From: Conidiobolus incongruus B7586
Lineage: Eukaryota
Direction of reading: 5' to 3'
Assembly (NCBI GenBank): GCA_000697335.1
Contig: JNEM01006047.1
Span: 1 to 44,798 of the forward strand
Length of the DNA stretch: 44,798 nt
Under the pieces are notes generated by a model, which had not been told where the DNA came from, did not search any database, and saw nothing but the letters and a program-made list of their open reading frames with translations. A program made the position numbers and the translations under genes. Positions 23,292-37,014 of this stretch are shown piece by piece. Every line of letters begins with the position of its first letter. Within the stretch, counting starts at the first letter, position 1.

Positions 23292-26077
23292 TTTATTTCA
23301 GAAATATTGTTTAGAATATTAAAAGAAAATTCAATTCATAAATAAATCGAATACCAATTTATTAATATAAATTAACGATTAGCATAACCTTTGCATTTCT
23401 TTTTTGATATTATATTACTGGTAATTTTTACGAATTTTTCAATAAATTTAATTTAATATAAATGGGGACAATTATGAACATAATTTACAATTTGTATATT
23501 ACAAATAATTGATTTTGAATATTGACACATAATTCAAACACACTTTCTATAATAATTTTATATTCATTATATCATAGAATTTATCAAACTTAATAATGTT
23601 GCTAAATAATTTTACTTTTATTTTTATACTACTGAAACTTTGTCATCAATATTCCAATTTATATTTATTCGAAAAATGCATAGTTATTATAATTAATGAA
23701 AATGAATGTAACGTTTTTCACTAAAACATCTGTCACTAACCCTTAAACTTATAATTTAAAATCAAAAATATCAAATATTTGTATTCAATAATAATCTTTT
23801 ATAGTTATATCATTTATTCATTTTAGTAATTACTATTATTCAATGTTATATTCAATAATCTCAGAAATATTATTCATAATATCTTTTTTAATTTGAAAAG
23901 TTGACATATTTTGATACTTTGAATGATTTTCCAAAATCTATTTCAAATTATAATGAGCCCCTTTATTAGTATAGGCTGTTTTACAGTATTACTGGAATAT
24001 CCTAGAATCTTTAATTAATAAATATATACTATAATGCTCAAAGTGATATTTAAATATAATAAGTAAAATTTTAATTGTGCATTAGTATTGTTTATTTTAT
24101 TTAAAATGAATAAGGATTACCAATAAAGTCTATAGAATACCTATAAATTTCAAATATCATAAATATTTAATAAAATTCAAAAACTAAACACATTTCTAAT
24201 ATTCATATTTTTAATTATAGAATTAATATATAATATCTCTATTAAAGTTTAATATTAAATAATAGGATAACAATTAATTTTCACAGTTAATAATTTAATG
24301 TTTTTAGTGGAATTAAAATTGCTAATTCATGTTTTCATAGTTCCCTTAAATTAATAAATTTAAAAACATTTACCATTAAGCTTACAAAAGTTTTTAAAAA
24401 TTAATTTATTGAATATGATAACAATGTATTGATTTATATAATGATCAAAACAATATAATGCTCTATTAAGTTTGAATAATTATGAAATTATTCAAAATAT
24501 CTTATTATTTAATTATCAAGACTTGAAAACGACTCAATATACCAAATTGATAGTTATTATATTAATGGAATTAAAAAGCATTTGATACTAAGATATTATT
24601 TCAAAGTTCTTAGTTATATCTTCAGTCGTTTGTATTGTAATTTAATATCTACTCAATATATCTATTGGAATAATTTAATGAATATTTTGAAATTATTTTA
24701 AATATTTGATAGAATGACCTATATTTTTCAAGTTGAAATTAAATCTATTGTTATAAGAATATAAAAGTTACTATTTAAAACGTAATTTTGTTTCAAAAAA
24801 CATGATTGATAAACAAGATATCATTATACTCGATATTTTATGAAGGTGTAATTTGAGCTGTTCATCAAGAGATTGAGCCAGTTAATTTCAGAGTTTATAC
24901 TAATTGAGTATATAATAACAGAGTGGGTAATAAACAAATATAATTAAATGAATGCTTCTAAATATGTAATTTATATTTCATGATTCGAGCACATCACGCC
25001 TCCGCCCCGCAGAAAAGGGTCCATATTGAGCCATGTACCAAAGCTGAGAGACGCTAAATACTTAGTAAAATATGAATAAAAATTTTGCCAAGTTAACAAA
25101 AAGTGAATCCTATCAAAAATCAAAAGATCTTCAGCTCTATTATAATTCTGAATCAATGCCAAGTTTATCTTGATTTTTTTTATTTTTGTAGCAATATTAA
25201 TATTTAAAAGGGTTTATTTGGTATTCATTGAATTATCATTTAATTTAATCATAATGTTTTTGAGTTCAAATTGTATTCCTTGAATAGAGAACTATCTAAT
25301 AATAGAATGATTCATAAATACATCGCTATGCTAATTAAATTGTATGTTGAATTTAGGGAATATTTGTTATTAAAATGGATTTGAAATGAATGACTTGGAT
25401 CATATAAGTCAACCAATGAATGCTACCAAATGTAAATATTCCTTGCCACTTACTCAATTTAGAATTATCGGATTATTACAAATGATTGCCAATATTGTGA
25501 CTATTGAAAATTATATATATGATAAAAATAATAAATTTAACGATTAGTTCGATGAATAAACTATGAATTTTTCAAAACAATGGTGATTAAAGAAGTGATT
25601 GAGTCTTCTTAGTTGAAATTAGTAAAGATTGCCCTATATTCAATTTATCCCATCTAATTTATGTAACCCTATTACATGATCTTTATAATCAACAACCATA
25701 TTTACAAAGTGTTTCATTTAATTAATGAAAAAGATGATGATATCATAATAATTCATTTATAAATTTACTCTGTTATCTAGGTGTTGATAGATATAAAGAT
25801 GACAATATAAGGATAACTTGAAATAAGTTAATTTTTTCATTATTGATAGTTAGGAAATTTTAAGGTAATTAATCAAATTTTTAGTCAAGAATGACATTGC
25901 TTTATTGGGCTAAGCTTCAAAAAGGGGAAGGGGGGAATTCAATTACTAGCTTCATTACATTGGGATAAGGGATTGGGAATTTAATTATCCCAACCAACCA
26001 TATAAATACAGCTCATGTATCTTCGATTTCGGAATTTATAGTGTATGTATATTAAATCTGCTACTCTATTTTAATCT

Positions 26078-26887
26078 ATGTTAACTTCAGCAAACATTAC
26101 AAATATCAAAGTAAAGAGCAGACGATCCACTAAGCTATGGAATGCTCTCCGAAGCTTATTCAACGGAGAAGCTGATGAAGATGCAACCAAAAAGTCTTTT
26201 CACAGTCGTCTCTTCTCCTACAAAGACCCCATGGCTGATGCCAACCTTAAATATAACATTGTTTGGAATCCTCCAACAGTTGTTGGTTTAGAAGAGTCTG
26301 TGTTTATGTCACCTTCCCTTTCGTACGAGAGTCAACTTCAATACTTGGAGGATGACGAAGACGATGAAGAGGATTCGGATACATCGTCCGAAGACTGGTC
26401 TCTGAGTTCAATGCTAGAAGCCACCACTTTGTCACCCCCATCTCCCCAGAATGTGCTAAGGAGGAGTGCTTCGATCTCTAATACAAACGTCAAATCCATT
26501 TTAAAACCAACGCGCAGTAATTCCATTAACATCCATACTAACAAAAACATTCAAACTTCGCCATCACATCCTAATCTAAAACTATCCAAAAAGGCCGACT
26601 TAAAGCACAGTAAATCCAGCTACTTGGGCTGTAAATCTAAATCAGAAGACCCAATGCCAGATAAAATGTACGCTTCATCCAATCACTCCACAAAATCATG
26701 TCGATTCGACAGCACAGTACTCGTATTTGAAACTTACCATCCAGGGGACTACGATCGAGCAGAGCCTGAGCATCCACCACTTACGGGCAAAGAGTTGGAA
26801 AAAATTTATTTGGAACTAAGGAAATTCAAGCTGAAAGAGATGACTATTCATCCCAACTCAGTGCACAACATCTCCCTATCAATTTAG
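26078..26887 (+). CDS. Bni4-like putative PP1-targeting protein, 269 aa
   Basis: KSILK (SILK-type) motif and C-terminal domain CRF...VFETYHPGDYDR...LT...IYLELRKFKLKEMTIHPNS, typical of Bni4/Phactr C-termini; the rest is Ser/acidic low complexity. Confidence 0.72.
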   Translation: MLTSANITNIKVKSRRSTKLWNALRSLFNGEADEDATKKSFHSRLFSYKDPMADANLKYNIVWNPPTVVGLEESVFMSPSLSYESQLQYLEDDEDDEEDSDTSSEDWSLSSMLEATTLSPPSPQNVLRRSASISNTNVKSILKPTRSNSINIHTNKNIQTSPSHPNLKLSKKADLKHSKSSYLGCKSKSEDPMPDKMYASSNHSTKSCRFDSTVLVFETYHPGDYDRAEPEHPPLTGKELEKIYLELRKFKLKEMTIHPNSVHNISLSI

Positions 26888-27761
26888 AGCACTTTGTATT
26901 TTTATTCAACATTAACACCAATATTTGTGAGGGTGGGGAAATGAGGAGATGATAGGAGTGTAAACTTGGTGTAGTTCTAATAGATGAAGTTGGTGCTAAT
27001 TGTCAGAGCAATCAATCCATTTCGATTTAGTTCAAATATATGTATTTGTTATCTTCATCTCATCAACTAACCATCACTACTATTTCATTGATTGAAATAA
27101 ATATAGTTCGTTATTCTTGATATTTTGAATAAAGAGTTAACTATATACGTTAATCCAGCCAATTCCCTCTCAATAGTTTATTATTACTTAATAAAACATA
27201 TTTAATAATTAATACCTATTAATTTATCCTAAATATTGAATTTAACTGATTGTATCTATATCCTATTACCCCTAGTATTATTTATACACCATATAAATTA
27301 TTTTAACCATAAAGATATTTTAAATTTTAATTGGCTCAAAAGGTTATCAATTTGCATAAATTAAATAAAACTTTAATTATTGATTTTAATGATTTTTTTA
27401 CTTAAATTAGTGTTTTATTATACTAAAAATTATTTTGTTTTTTTCAAGAATTTAAGGATCTATTAAAAACATAATAATAATGATAATTATCCCATAATTA
27501 TTTTTATTTAATTATTTTATAAAATCAATTTAAACTTAAAAATTTTATAATAAAATTTAATAATTAAAATAAAAGTATAAAATATAAAATTTAATTAAAT
27601 TAATATAGAACCTAAATATAATTATAAAGTGGATATTTATTCAAAATTATCAATTCAACTCTAATTTATATTTAAACAGGAGAGTGGATATCTATTCAAA
27701 ATTTATTTAATTAATATAATATTTTATGCTATACCTTTATTGATATTTTATTTTATTTTAG

Positions 27762-28262
27762 CACTTGAATTGAAGATTATAATATCCAATTGGAGTTATG
27801 GTTGTTAAACCCACCAGATGGGCAATTGATTGCAACAAATTATATTATAGACTAAATGATTTATAAGTGTATTTCTATAGTTTATTTAAGTTACACTTTC
27901 ATCAACTTATCAATACTATACAATCTATTAAATTCAATAGAAAATTAGTTGATAAACCCAATCCTAAATCCTCCAATCAATTATCTAAAGATAAACCATT
28001 ATTAAATTTAACCCCTGATTATGATAAACTTGTTGAAAAGGATGTGTCTATCGAATTAGGGTTTAAATTGAATTAAATCAAATTATTAAGATAATATCCA
28101 ACCTACTTTTTATAAAGTGAATTGTTTAATATGCATTTTATGAATAAATTATATTCATGTTATTTTAGATATATAAGAATTATTCATCAAATTAGTCAAT
28201 TGACTAATAATCAACTTTTAAACAATTGGAATTTAACTCAATTAAGACTACTTAATGAAGAT
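27762..28262 (+). pseudogene. Decayed multi-exon gene fragment, possibly UBE3D/Ipa1 (HECT_2)-like
   Basis: Coding-like blocks bounded by TAG/GT (IEDYNIQLELWLLNPPDGQLIATN; KLVDKPNPK...DKLVEKD; NIQPTFYK; IYKNYSSN*SID**) separated by intron-sized AT spacers and interrupted by stops. The family guess rests mainly on LWLLN. Confidence 0.35.
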
Positions 28263-28859
28263 AATTAAGAAATAAAAGAATAAAGTTTGGGTTTATAAAA
28301 TATTACTCTTGTAATCAGGTAATGGCACTTTTTTAAAATTCAATTTAAATATAATTTTTAATGCAAAATTTTTTTTAAAAAAAATAACCAGTATTAAGTT
28401 AATACTCTATTATTAATAACTTTTTTATATTTTTAACTAACTTTTAACATTACAAAAATGTTCTATTTATTAAAAACTGATGTTTAATGTTTTGAACCAA
28501 TTGAATTTGTCTGTTAAGATTTTTCTTTTTTATAAGTATATCTTTTAATTATTTAATATGATTATAATTATAAAAAGTCATAATCTAGTGAGTGTATTAG
28601 ATATAATAACTATTTGTTTATATTTAGAAAATATTTGATAATTTAATATAATATATTTTAAGATTATTAAATACAATAATAAGTATTTTTCATAAATAAT
28701 AAATAATGTTTAATATTAGTTATTTTATTTTCAATAATTAAATAAAATAATATATATTATTATAATCTATTAAAATAATTAATATTTGTTTATAAATAAA
28801 ATATTTATTTATTTGAATTTATAAAAAGAAATATTTAATTATATTTAATATTGTATTTT

Positions 28860-28862
<3 letters not shown>

Positions 28863-28901
<39 letters not shown>
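28863..28901. repeat. Compound (TA)n(TG)n microsatellite
   Basis: A TA run is directly followed by a TG run. Confidence 0.9.
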
Positions 28902-29558
28902 AACTTATTATTACAATGATTTAAGATAAAAACTTAGGATTTAGGTTATATTTTAATGAATTTAATTAATCATAGTTATTTTTAATTTTATCATTTAAAC
29001 TAATTTTACACTTTGATATAAATAATACACCTTTATAATTGATATTAAACTATTTAAAAACTTTAAAATCAAAATAAATCAATGTTTATTAATATACTTT
29101 TTACTTTTTAAATTATCAAAAGAATATTAATAAAAATTAAATAGTTTCCCTTCTAATTTTAAAGTATAAACCTAGTGATAAATGCTATTTTTGGTTAAAA
29201 TATCATATCTTTACAAACTGTTGTAAAATCTTTAAAGGTTTTAAGAGTTGTAGTTGAGTTTTAATATTACTAGAATAAAAGACTTTTGATATTTGTTAAT
29301 TAGTTTAAGTATAATTAAATTTGACACTAAATTTTTAAATAAAAATATTAATGAAAAAAGATTGTAACTTAATATATATTGTTTAAATTACAAATTCCCC
29401 TATTTCTTTTGTATTAAATCTAATTTTGAAAACTGATAATATTATAATAAATCCAAATTTAAAAAAAAATAATTGATTAATTTTTAGAGTAACATTTATA
29501 TAAATTGTTTTTTACTATTAAAATGAATGTTAATATGAAATCGAGCTAAACTTTTGAT

Positions 29559-30606
29559 CTATTCGAGTTTAGCAGCTTTTTTGGCTAATTTAGCTCTCTT
29601 TTGATCTTGAACGAAAAAGTTGTAGAATAGGGCTAACATAGAAATCATATAGAACCATAAGATGATGGATAATTGAGTGGGATAGACACTGGGATCATTG
29701 GGTCTTAATACTAATCCATCTAAAATATCATAAGAGGCTTGAACGAACATGCAAGCAAATTGGAACATTTGACAAGTGGTGATGTATCTCTTGATAAAGG
29801 ACACTTGCTTAATACCAATAGCGGAGCAGAAGTAGTATCCATACATAATAACGTGGATCAACGAGTTAAAGGCGGCTGAGAAGTATGCTTCACCGTTGGG
29901 AGCCATGATGGTGACGTACCACCAAATTCCAAAGATGGTAGAATGATGATAGACGTGAAGGAATGACACCTGGCGATAGTTCTTCTTTAAGATCATAATT
30001 AAAGTATCGACGAATTCCCAGATTTTAGACACATAGAATACCCAGACGATTTTAGCCATCTATACCATTATTAGTATCATGAATAGTACATATATATAAT
30101 GCTAAGTTGACTTACTGGTAAACCGTTGGAAGTATGATCAGCTGAATTGCCAAAGAGGGAGTACCTGTCATGAATAGATTGAAATAAAATACCATAAAAC
30201 ATATATCCAGACAACAAAACCAATCCAAAGTTATGGAGTAAAGCAAAGGTTTTCATTTCCAATCTAGGCAAATGTTTGGTAATCTCCTTACCAATGAACA
30301 CCATGAGTAAGTAACCAATGATGATGCTTAATACATGAAAGGGATTCATGAGAGGGAGCTGCTTAGCTAAAGGCGATTGATTCTGTTCAAGAAAAACTTT
30401 AATTGCGGAGACTTGAGCTGGGAAGTATTGAATGGCCTTGTCTTCTAAAATATTTAAAACATATTGGCTTCCTTGGATCCATGATGATACCAAATGAATG
30501 ATGAAATCGGCAGGTGCACTGCAATAGCCGTAAGTACCATCAGCTGCTATATTGATGATAATTAACATTACATAATTATATTATTATCTATTGTTTACTT
30601 ACACAT
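29559..30606 (-). CDS. ELO/GNS1 family fatty acid elongase, delta-6 (PUFA) elongase-like; coding exons 30606-30603, 30546-30116, 30059-29559
   Basis: KIWEFVDT, QVSFLHVYHH histidine box, NSLIHVIMYGYY, TTCQMFQF, LPLMNPFHV and a Lys-rich ER-retrieval-type tail; two GTAAGT...TAG introns. Confidence 0.92.
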
Positions 30607-31913
30607 GTTGAATATTCTATAATTTGATGACGTTGATTATACTAACTATAAGCAAAAAAAATCATTGATGTAGAATTAAATATGTATTTATACACCCATA
30701 TCATTATGCATTAAACCAAAAACGTGAGGGGGATTTCATTTTATTCGGAAAAAATGAACCAAAAATTAAAAGGAATTATATTAGAATATTATCATAAAGA
30801 ATATATTTCAAAGATTTTCATTTATTTGATTGGCCACTTGGATTGATTTGATCAATGACACAATCTTTTTACCAATTTTAATTGAATTAATATACAGTCA
30901 TTTGTAGTCAACATTGGGTTCTATCAAATTCGGAAAATTCTTACCATATAATTTTCAATTTAAAAAAAATATTATCATTTACCGAATTTAACTAAATAGT
31001 CAATATTATACTTTTATGATCTATTAAGAATTAAAGTTTATCACTCTCTGGGATTATTGATAAGATTAATATTATTAGTGTAACTACTATTACTTGTTTT
31101 TTGCACTTTGGTTTAAACGAGTTTATATCTATTGGATTAAAAGCTTGAGAGAATTTTAATAAAAGTTGCTGTTTATTTTATATAAAAACTCCTATAAGAT
31201 TATCATATTAACAAATATATTTTTGTAAATAATCAAATTAAGCTTAGAATAAGTAAATAATTACTCTATTTGAAAATTTTTAGTTATAGATATCTTAAGA
31301 AATGTATATATTTAACATGTGAATGATCTGAAATCTAATTTGTATTTCAATTCAAAGCCACATAAATAATCGAATGGAGATTTTTCATTTTTTAATGATG
31401 TATATATATTGATTAGAAGTTAAGAGTATTAAAGAATATCGAATAATAATATATGGAATCATTTTTCAGCATGATATAAAATGGATACATAAAAATTATT
31501 TCAGTTCATTTTACAAATAATTGAGTACAATGATCCATTATAAATTGGGAATTTTTAAACTAAACAAAATAATTGAAAATATGCTTGAATAGAATTGTGA
31601 TAATTAATAAATCTTCTATGAATTTAAAATTAATTAAATATATTAAGACTGTTAAGTTGATTAGAATATTATTGAGATAGAGTGTATAATATTCTATAAA
31701 TAGAACCAAGGGCAATTATTAATTAGGTTATTAAGCTATTTGAAGAATATGGCAATTTCATTGATTAAATAACAAAAACTTTATATAAATATAAATAAAT
31801 AGATTAGCCATATTTAAATCATTTAATTGAAAGTAATATTAGAGGTGTGATTTGAAATATTATCAAATAAATAACCAATTTTGCAAAAATTATATTGAAG
31901 ATTATAAAATAAA

Positions 31914-34900
31914 TTAAACATTAATGGGTTGTATCAATTTCCATCCCTTATTCACGATATCTGCATCGGCTTGACCAATAATCACACTAGCTCCGTTAGG
32001 ATAGCTGGAATTCAATAGTTTTTCGGCAACAGCTTTTAAATCGGATTCCTTAGCGCTCAAGAAAGTGTGACGTCTGGCTTTAGCCATATCGAGTGTGATG
32101 CCAGTAGTCCATTCGGAAAGACCTTCTTGGCTAGCTGAAAGTGGATGATCAATAGATTGGAACACAGATAACTTGGCTTCGTTCAACTCTCTTTCCTCGA
32201 ATTGGTGATTCAAACTCCATTCGAGACTTTGTCTATATACTTGCTCGCAATTCTGGTAAGGGTTGGGATCTCTGTAACTGTAGAATGACAAGGTGCCTCG
32301 AGTAGCATCTACAGTAGCACCACCACCATAAGCACCTCCCTTTTCACGAACTTCGCGATGGAGATAGAGATGGGTTAAGAGGGTAGAGAGGAGTTGGTAA
32401 TGAGGACTGGTAGGATCTACAAATGGAACGGTAGTGAGGGCACGAGAGGAGTAGTAAGAGCTGAAAGGATAGGCAAAAGTATTAAGCGACGAGGGGTTAA
32501 TGTCAACATTTTCCAATGAAATAGGTTCATAAGTTTTCAATGAAATATTGGGAACGAGTTGATTTTGAAGTTTGGAAAAGAGGATCTCATGTTCACTATG
32601 TGTAGATTGCTTAGAAACTACAAATGCCTTCAAGGTACTGGGATTAATTAATAATTGATGCAAGGTTTGAAGATGTTGGGTAATCTGAGGTAGGAGAGCA
32701 TCAACATTGTTAGCAAGATAAGTCATAAAGCGAGCTTGGTACAATCCAGAGTAGATATCAGAGATTCTCTAAAATAATAGTTAATTATTATCAAATATTG
32801 AATAAATATATCAACACTTACGGCTGACTTTGACAAAATACCACTAGCAAAACCTCTAGCAAAATTGTGGCCGGAGTCAGCAACTGATCCGTTTAAGGCG
32901 GAAGCAGAGTTCAAAATCAAAGTTTTGATACGATCGGGTTGATTGAAGTTGGTCTCTAAGAGGATCTTAGTCATCAATCTGTACATTTCACTGGATTTAT
33001 CATTTAAGGCATGTGAGGCAAAGGTAACTCCATGGGTATAGCCATCTAAATTAGCCAAAGAATTAGTGACGAATGGAGAGAATGAAATGCCTCCAGTAGA
33101 AAGTAAAATTTCTTCATCCAACTCAGCCATAGTCTTGTCATGACAGCCTAAGAAAGTCAAACATTCGCATAAGAGTGGTAAGAATGGTCTTAAATGAGCA
33201 GGAATGTCATTAGGAAGAGTCTGTCTGATTTTCAAATAGCTGATACCGTTGGTGTTGGTGTCTCTGAAAGTAATAGGAGCATTGATATTATTAGATGAGT
33301 TAATGGGATACCATTTAGGATCTTTCTGGATATCGTCAATGGTTAACGTTGGAAGACAACTAAGATCTAATATCATAATAAATAAAAATGATAATAAAAT
33401 ATAATGTATATATTATAATACCTTCTTTAGACATTTGTCTTCTTTGAAGCTCAACATTGAATGCTTGAATATTGGCTTCATCCTTTTCAGATTTGACTTT
33501 GTTTTTAACAATATCTTGAAGTATTGTGCTTTCTTTCTCTTGAATCTGTTGTTCATATTCTCTTGAGGGTTCAGCAATATAAACAAGTTTTCTGGGATTA
33601 TCCAAGAGATACTTTCTAATCAAGTTTTCAAAGAAATTACCCTTTGAGATTTCGCTACGAAGTTTAGTTAAGTGCTATAAACTTGCTTTAATATATACAG
33701 CTATCTTAAATATTAAGTTAAGCTTACTTTATCAATTTCCAAGGGATCCAAAGGATTCAAACCATAATTCCAATTATTCATAATACTCTGAACAAGCCTA
33801 ATACCAAAATTACTTCCACGATGACGGAAGGATAGTTCAATATTTAATAGGGCTCCTTCAACCAAGTTTTTGCTGAAGCCTTCCTTGGAAACATTTTCCA
33901 AAGTCTCATATATAGTTTGCTCAATCTTCTCTAAGTTACATGGATTCACACCTTGAACACCAATAGAAAATGAGGTAATTGGTGATTGAGCATTATATCC
34001 GGTGGTAGGAGAGTATTCGGTTCCAAGATGGGTATCTAAAAGTGCTTTTTGAAGAGGTGCACCACTTGTACCAGTCAGCAAAGTAAAGAGTAAGCTTAAG
34101 CTCATGGTAGTAAAGGTATCTGTCACTTCGTTAGTTAACCATGAAACTGAGATTTTATGTTGCTGATCAGGATTAAGCATTGGGTCGAATGGTCCCTTGA
34201 CAACTACTTTTCTGGGAGTATTCCAAGTGGGGTGAGTGGGGAAGTCAGGTAAGGGAGCAGGTTTGGGAGAACTTTCAAGTGTTTGAGATAATTTTTCGTT
34301 AAGCTTAACCAAATGCTGATCGAGAGGGAAATTACCAAAAGTAAAGATTTTGGCATTGTTAGGATGATAATGATCATGATGAAACTTTTTAAGATGCTCC
34401 CAAGTGAGCTCAGGGATATTTAAAGGATGACCTCCACTTACTTGATTATAAGCACAACCTTCATAGAGATGCTTTTGATGATCATAGTAGTAGACTGCAC
34501 CATGGTCACTAAAAACACCCTTCATTTCATTAAAAACAATGCCCTTAAATTCCCATTCGTTGGTTTCAGGATTCTTTTCAATTCTCCATCCTTCTTGAGC
34601 GAAGTCATATTCGCTGAGAATTGGTTTAAATACAGAGTCTAAATACACGCTCATCAAGTTATAATAATCAGTCACATTCTGAGTAGAGAATGGATATTGG
34701 GTAAAATCATTAGCGGTCCAAGCATTCATGTATGTAGCCAATGAGCGTGGCATCATCTTGAAAAATGGATCCCTGACTGGGTATGTTTGAGATCCACACA
34801 GAGTGGTATGTTCCTAAAAAGGATTAGTAAGCTAATATATGTAATTAAATTCCATGATATTACTAAAATATGTGCAACACCATCCGAAGTATTATTTAAA

Positions 34901-35279
34901 GTTGGAAATCCAATACTAAAAACATTGTTTGATTCATCTTCTTTAGCCAAATGCAAAAGTTGAGCGCCAGATTTTTGATGTTCAAGAATTACACCAGTTA
35001 ACCCAAGAGCTTTGATATCTCTGTTCTATTGAAATTTAATTAATTTAATATTATAATATTTTATAAATATAATTAAATTACCTCTTTAATAACAAATCCA
35101 TCAATTACTTTTCCAGGTTGATAATCTAACAAAAAAGTGAGTATATTGGTAATTTAAATATCATAATATAAAATGTTACCTTTGACAGTTGAGTAATATT
35201 TTGAAAATCTCAAATTATTTAAAGATTGATTAGGAAGAACAATCGATTTATTTGCTAATCTTTGAAATCTACTTATCAT
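31914..35279 (-). CDS. CYM1: Mitochondrial presequence protease (M16C; Cym1/PITRM1), 7 exons
   Basis: Presequence-like N-terminus MISRFQRLANKS; inverted zinc motif GVAHIL|EHTTLCGS split by an intron; RDPFFKM..RSLATYMNA, GIVFNEMKG, REKGGAYGG, FYSYRDP. Confidence 0.95.
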
Positions 35280-37014
35280 AATTATAATATATTATATTAA
35301 TTTAATTAGTTATTAAAATAATTAATGATTTCATTCAATTTTTGATATATTTGTAAAACACATGACATAATTTATGCTAATGATATTAATTTAGTTTATT
35401 TATGGGATGCTCATTTAACTTTTCATTCTTAATGAAATCATTGTTCTATGAAAATTATAATAATGGATAGTTTTTAAAAATAATATATTTGGATCATTCC
35501 ATTTAAAAATATGTTTTATTTTATGGGTATGTTTACTATAACGTTTACATGCATAAATATTTTTTATTGAGATTAAAGTTCAAAAAACTTATACCTACAC
35601 TAGAATTAGAATATAACTTATATTGACTTCAATCTTCAACATCCAAGTCCATTATTTATTTACGAAATAATATTGTAACTATATCAATCATATGTATTGA
35701 ATTTATAGCTTTTAAAGCGATATCTTATATATTATCTGTAGGATTATTGTATAAGATCAGGATTTAAAATATTGATCATTAAACACTAAATAATGTGCAT
35801 ATTAAAGGATGGTTACATATATATTAACACATTAATAAGCTATGAACAATATAAATTTAAAAATTGAGTATTTTCTCGTGAAAGATATTATTTCAAATGA
35901 AAAGATCAACTTCAAAGTAAATATTATACATACAAAATACTCACAATAACTTCCATCACTTAATAATAATAATACTAATAATAAAAGTTTAAGTCAATTG
36001 ATTATATCAAATTTTCGGATATACATCAAAATATACACAAAGTGAAAAAACAAGGTACAGGAGAATAGTTACAAATAATTAATTATATAAACAGATTTAA
36101 CTTTCAACATTTATACTTAAAACTATATATCAGATTATTATCGACATAAGATGTAATTGAATCAAAATTTGACATATTCTTTAAAGAATTCTTTGATTAA
36201 ATATCTTTGTATGCAACTTTGATATATATATATTTAAACTCGTAATTATCTTTATTATAAAACTGATAATTCATTTATCTAGTATATTTGTTTTTAAATA
36301 TCCGCTATAATAATTTCAAACATTTAAACCTACAATTAGAATTAAGTATCTCATTTATAACATGTTTAATTATCCATTTTTTTAAGTTTAATTAATAATA
36401 TTATGTCAATTATAGTATAATTTTTCTAATTTCGTATCAAGTGATTTAACTTTAGAATGTACATGTTGATTTGATAGTATTTTTCAAGATTATCTTCATT
36501 AACTTCATAATACAACTCCCAATATACGGGTCGAATAAAGTTAAAAATTTTAAAATCAATTTATATTTTGAATGGAGATAAGAGATCTTTACATAATTTC
36601 AAGTTGAAATATTTTTAATCTTAAGCGTTGAAAACGCTAAATATAACTTGTAACAATTTTATAGAGGGTGAAATACAATTATTAATTAATCCTAATCAAC
36701 CAAAAGGAATTGAAAAATATTTAACAATATATTAATAATAACAAGTCAAATACAAATAAACTCATTTTTATACAATTATTATCAATCAAATTAATAATGA
36801 ATAAATATCAATATATAATATGGTACATTGAATTATATTTATAGCCAGTGAAATAATTACACGAAAACTGATTAAATTACAGGCAAATAATTGAATTGAT
36901 ATAATATATGAACAATAGCAATTTCAGTATATAGTGAGGTATGAAAGTTAGGAAAGATAATGAAATAAATAAAGTTTATTAAGCAAATTTGATAAAAATA
37001 CAGTTTCTAATTAA

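Noticed and set aside
24971..25162. 63-aa ORF over a short GC-rich patch
   Set aside because: No ATG start, motif, terminal repeats or recognisable RNA structure; the patch remains unexplained.
29559..35279. Lipid-metabolism gene cluster (lipase, elongase, MFS)
   Set aside because: The genes are far apart and interspersed with unrelated housekeeping genes.
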